In this document: one piece after another, positions 24,179 to 25,139 of the stretch
Layout: every line of letters starts with the position of its first letter
Numbering within the stretch: the stretch's first letter is position 1
Origin: a virus
Taxonomy: Duplodnaviria; Caudoviricetes
IMG/VR virus record: IMGVR_UViG_3300036855_000017
Coordinates: 1 to 25,139 of that record
Strand: one strand, 5' to 3'
DNA length: 25,139 nucleotides
The notes under the pieces: generated by a model
Told to the model about the DNA's origin: nothing
What the model saw: only the letters and a program-made list of their open reading frames with translations
The model's database searches: none
Program-made: the position numbers and the translations under genes

Positions 24179-24565
24179 ATGGACCCACAAACCTATGTAG
24201 AGCTGTCGACCGATTTGCAGTCAGCGCAGTTTCGCGAATGGGCGGGACGCGAGTTTGCCCGAAGTATACCCGCTGACTATGGAGTGCACGGCATCGCCCC
24301 CACTACGTGGCCCGGATCAGACAACACCCCGCCGACCGATCCGCCGCTCGACTCATATACGCTTTGGTACTGCGATCCGCACCCCAAGGTCGGCGGCGGC
24401 GCCGTGTACAAACTCGACGACGCAATCGTCGGCTTTGCCACGCAAGCGCAAACCCTGAGCGACGGGCACGAATATTTCTGCGACCTCGCGACCTTGGCTG
24501 TGACGTTCGAGCAGTTGAGCCCGGAAGGCCAAGCCGCCGCCACGCCAGCTCCGCCGGTGGAGTGA
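24179..24565 (+). CDS. Hypothetical protein (possible fibre chaperone/accessory)
   Basis: SD AGGAG, follows the LamG gene. Confidence 0.65.
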   Translation: MDPQTYVELSTDLQSAQFREWAGREFARSIPADYGVHGIAPTTWPGSDNTPPTDPPLDSYTLWYCDPHPKVGGGAVYKLDDAIVGFATQAQTLSDGHEYFCDLATLAVTFEQLSPEGQAAATPAPPVE

Positions 24566-24571
24566 GTGATC

Positions 24572-24889
24572 ATGAAGATCGCCCTCGCACTCGCCGTCGC
24601 GCTTTCCCTCACCGGATGCGCGGCGGAGTTGTCGGCTGTGCAATCGGGCATCGACGGTGCAAACCAGATGCTCCGCTCGAAGTGTCCACCCGGAACCCTA
24701 GATGGCAGTGAGCCGTGCACGACCGGACTGCGCGCGTACAATGCCGCTGTGAGCGGTTACAACCTTGCGCTACTCGCTGAAGCGATCGGGGTCGACAGCA
24801 CGCTCGCGAAGCAACAAGCGATCGCGGCGCTCAAGGATCTGTTTGCTGCGTTCGTTCCGCCGCCAACAGCTGCGGTGTCGTCGCCATGA
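24572..24889 (+). CDS. Lipoprotein, helical (possible lysis/spanin-like component)
   Basis: MKIALALAVALSLTGC lipobox, GGAG 9 nt upstream. Function is an inference from position. Confidence 0.75.
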   Translation: MKIALALAVALSLTGCAAELSAVQSGIDGANQMLRSKCPPGTLDGSEPCTTGLRAYNAAVSGYNLALLAEAIGVDSTLAKQQAIAALKDLFAAFVPPPTAAVSSP

Positions 24890-25038
24890 ACTGGATCTCA
24901 TCACTGCTCGCGATCGTCAAACAGGTGCTCGGCTTCGTGCCTGCTCCACCCAAGGCGCCCGCACCAGAGAAGACCGAAACCCCCGCCGATCTGGGATGGG
25001 TCGAGCCAGCCAAGGCTGACAAGGACAAACCGTCATGA
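24886..25038 (+). CDS. 50-aa protein with amphipathic N-terminus and Pro/Lys-rich tail (MNWISSLLAIVKQVLGFVPAPPK...), not in the ORF track
   Basis: ATGA overlaps at both ends. Confidence 0.7.
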   Translation: MNWISSLLAIVKQVLGFVPAPPKAPAPEKTETPADLGWVEPAKADKDKPS

Positions 25039-25139
25039 GAATGACCCCGCTCGCGTACACACTGCTGCTCGGAGCGCTTGCTGCTGTGTACGCGGGCGCG
25101 ATCGCTTTCGAGGTCTACCGCTGGCTTTGCAGTTGGCTG
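25035..25139 (+). CDS. Membrane protein, truncated by the window edge (MRMTPLAYTLLLGALAAVYAGAIAFEVYRWLCSWL...)
   Basis: ATGA overlap, one hydrophobic helix, open to the end of the window. Confidence 0.55.
   Translation, partial: MRMTPLAYTLLLGALAAVYAGAIAFEVYRWLCSWL

Larger units (their letters stand above)
1..25139 (+). mobile_element. Tailed phage/prophage morphogenesis region (contractile tail, Mu-like head/neck/baseplate genes); element ends not in window
   Basis: Co-oriented terminase, portal, protease, capsid, neck, sheath, tube, tape measure, baseplate and fibre genes in canonical order. No host genes, integrase or att sites seen. Confidence 0.95.

Overview
The window is the virion-assembly half of a GC-rich tailed phage or prophage with a contractile tail (myovirus type). 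All credible genes lie on the + strand and many are coupled by ATGA/GTGA overlaps. Gene order: HTH-bearing putative small terminase, a ~2.15 kb accessory insert, large terminase, small Cro-like HTH gene, Mu gp29-like portal, S49 protease with nested scaffold, capsid cement, Mu gpT-like major capsid, neck and tail-completion genes, sheath, tube, chaperone with a probable -1 frameshift, tape measure, baseplate genes, fibre and LamG-like genes, then small membrane/lipoprotein genes running off the right edge. No integrase, transposase, endolysin or att site is visible. The most unusual part is 716-2872, between the two terminase genes. It is an array of small genes, most preceded by a repeated promoter-like element (TGATTTTTGTGTGGACA-N13-TGCTA, three exact 17-bp copies plus one variant). 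The first TGA of this element usually serves as the stop codon of the previous gene. The whole array is bracketed by two related 18-bp palindromes forming an imperfect direct repeat, which suggests a modular, shufflable mini-gene cassette array. A myxobacterial host is only an inference from lipoprotein style. Family assignments come from motifs and gene order, not database searches.
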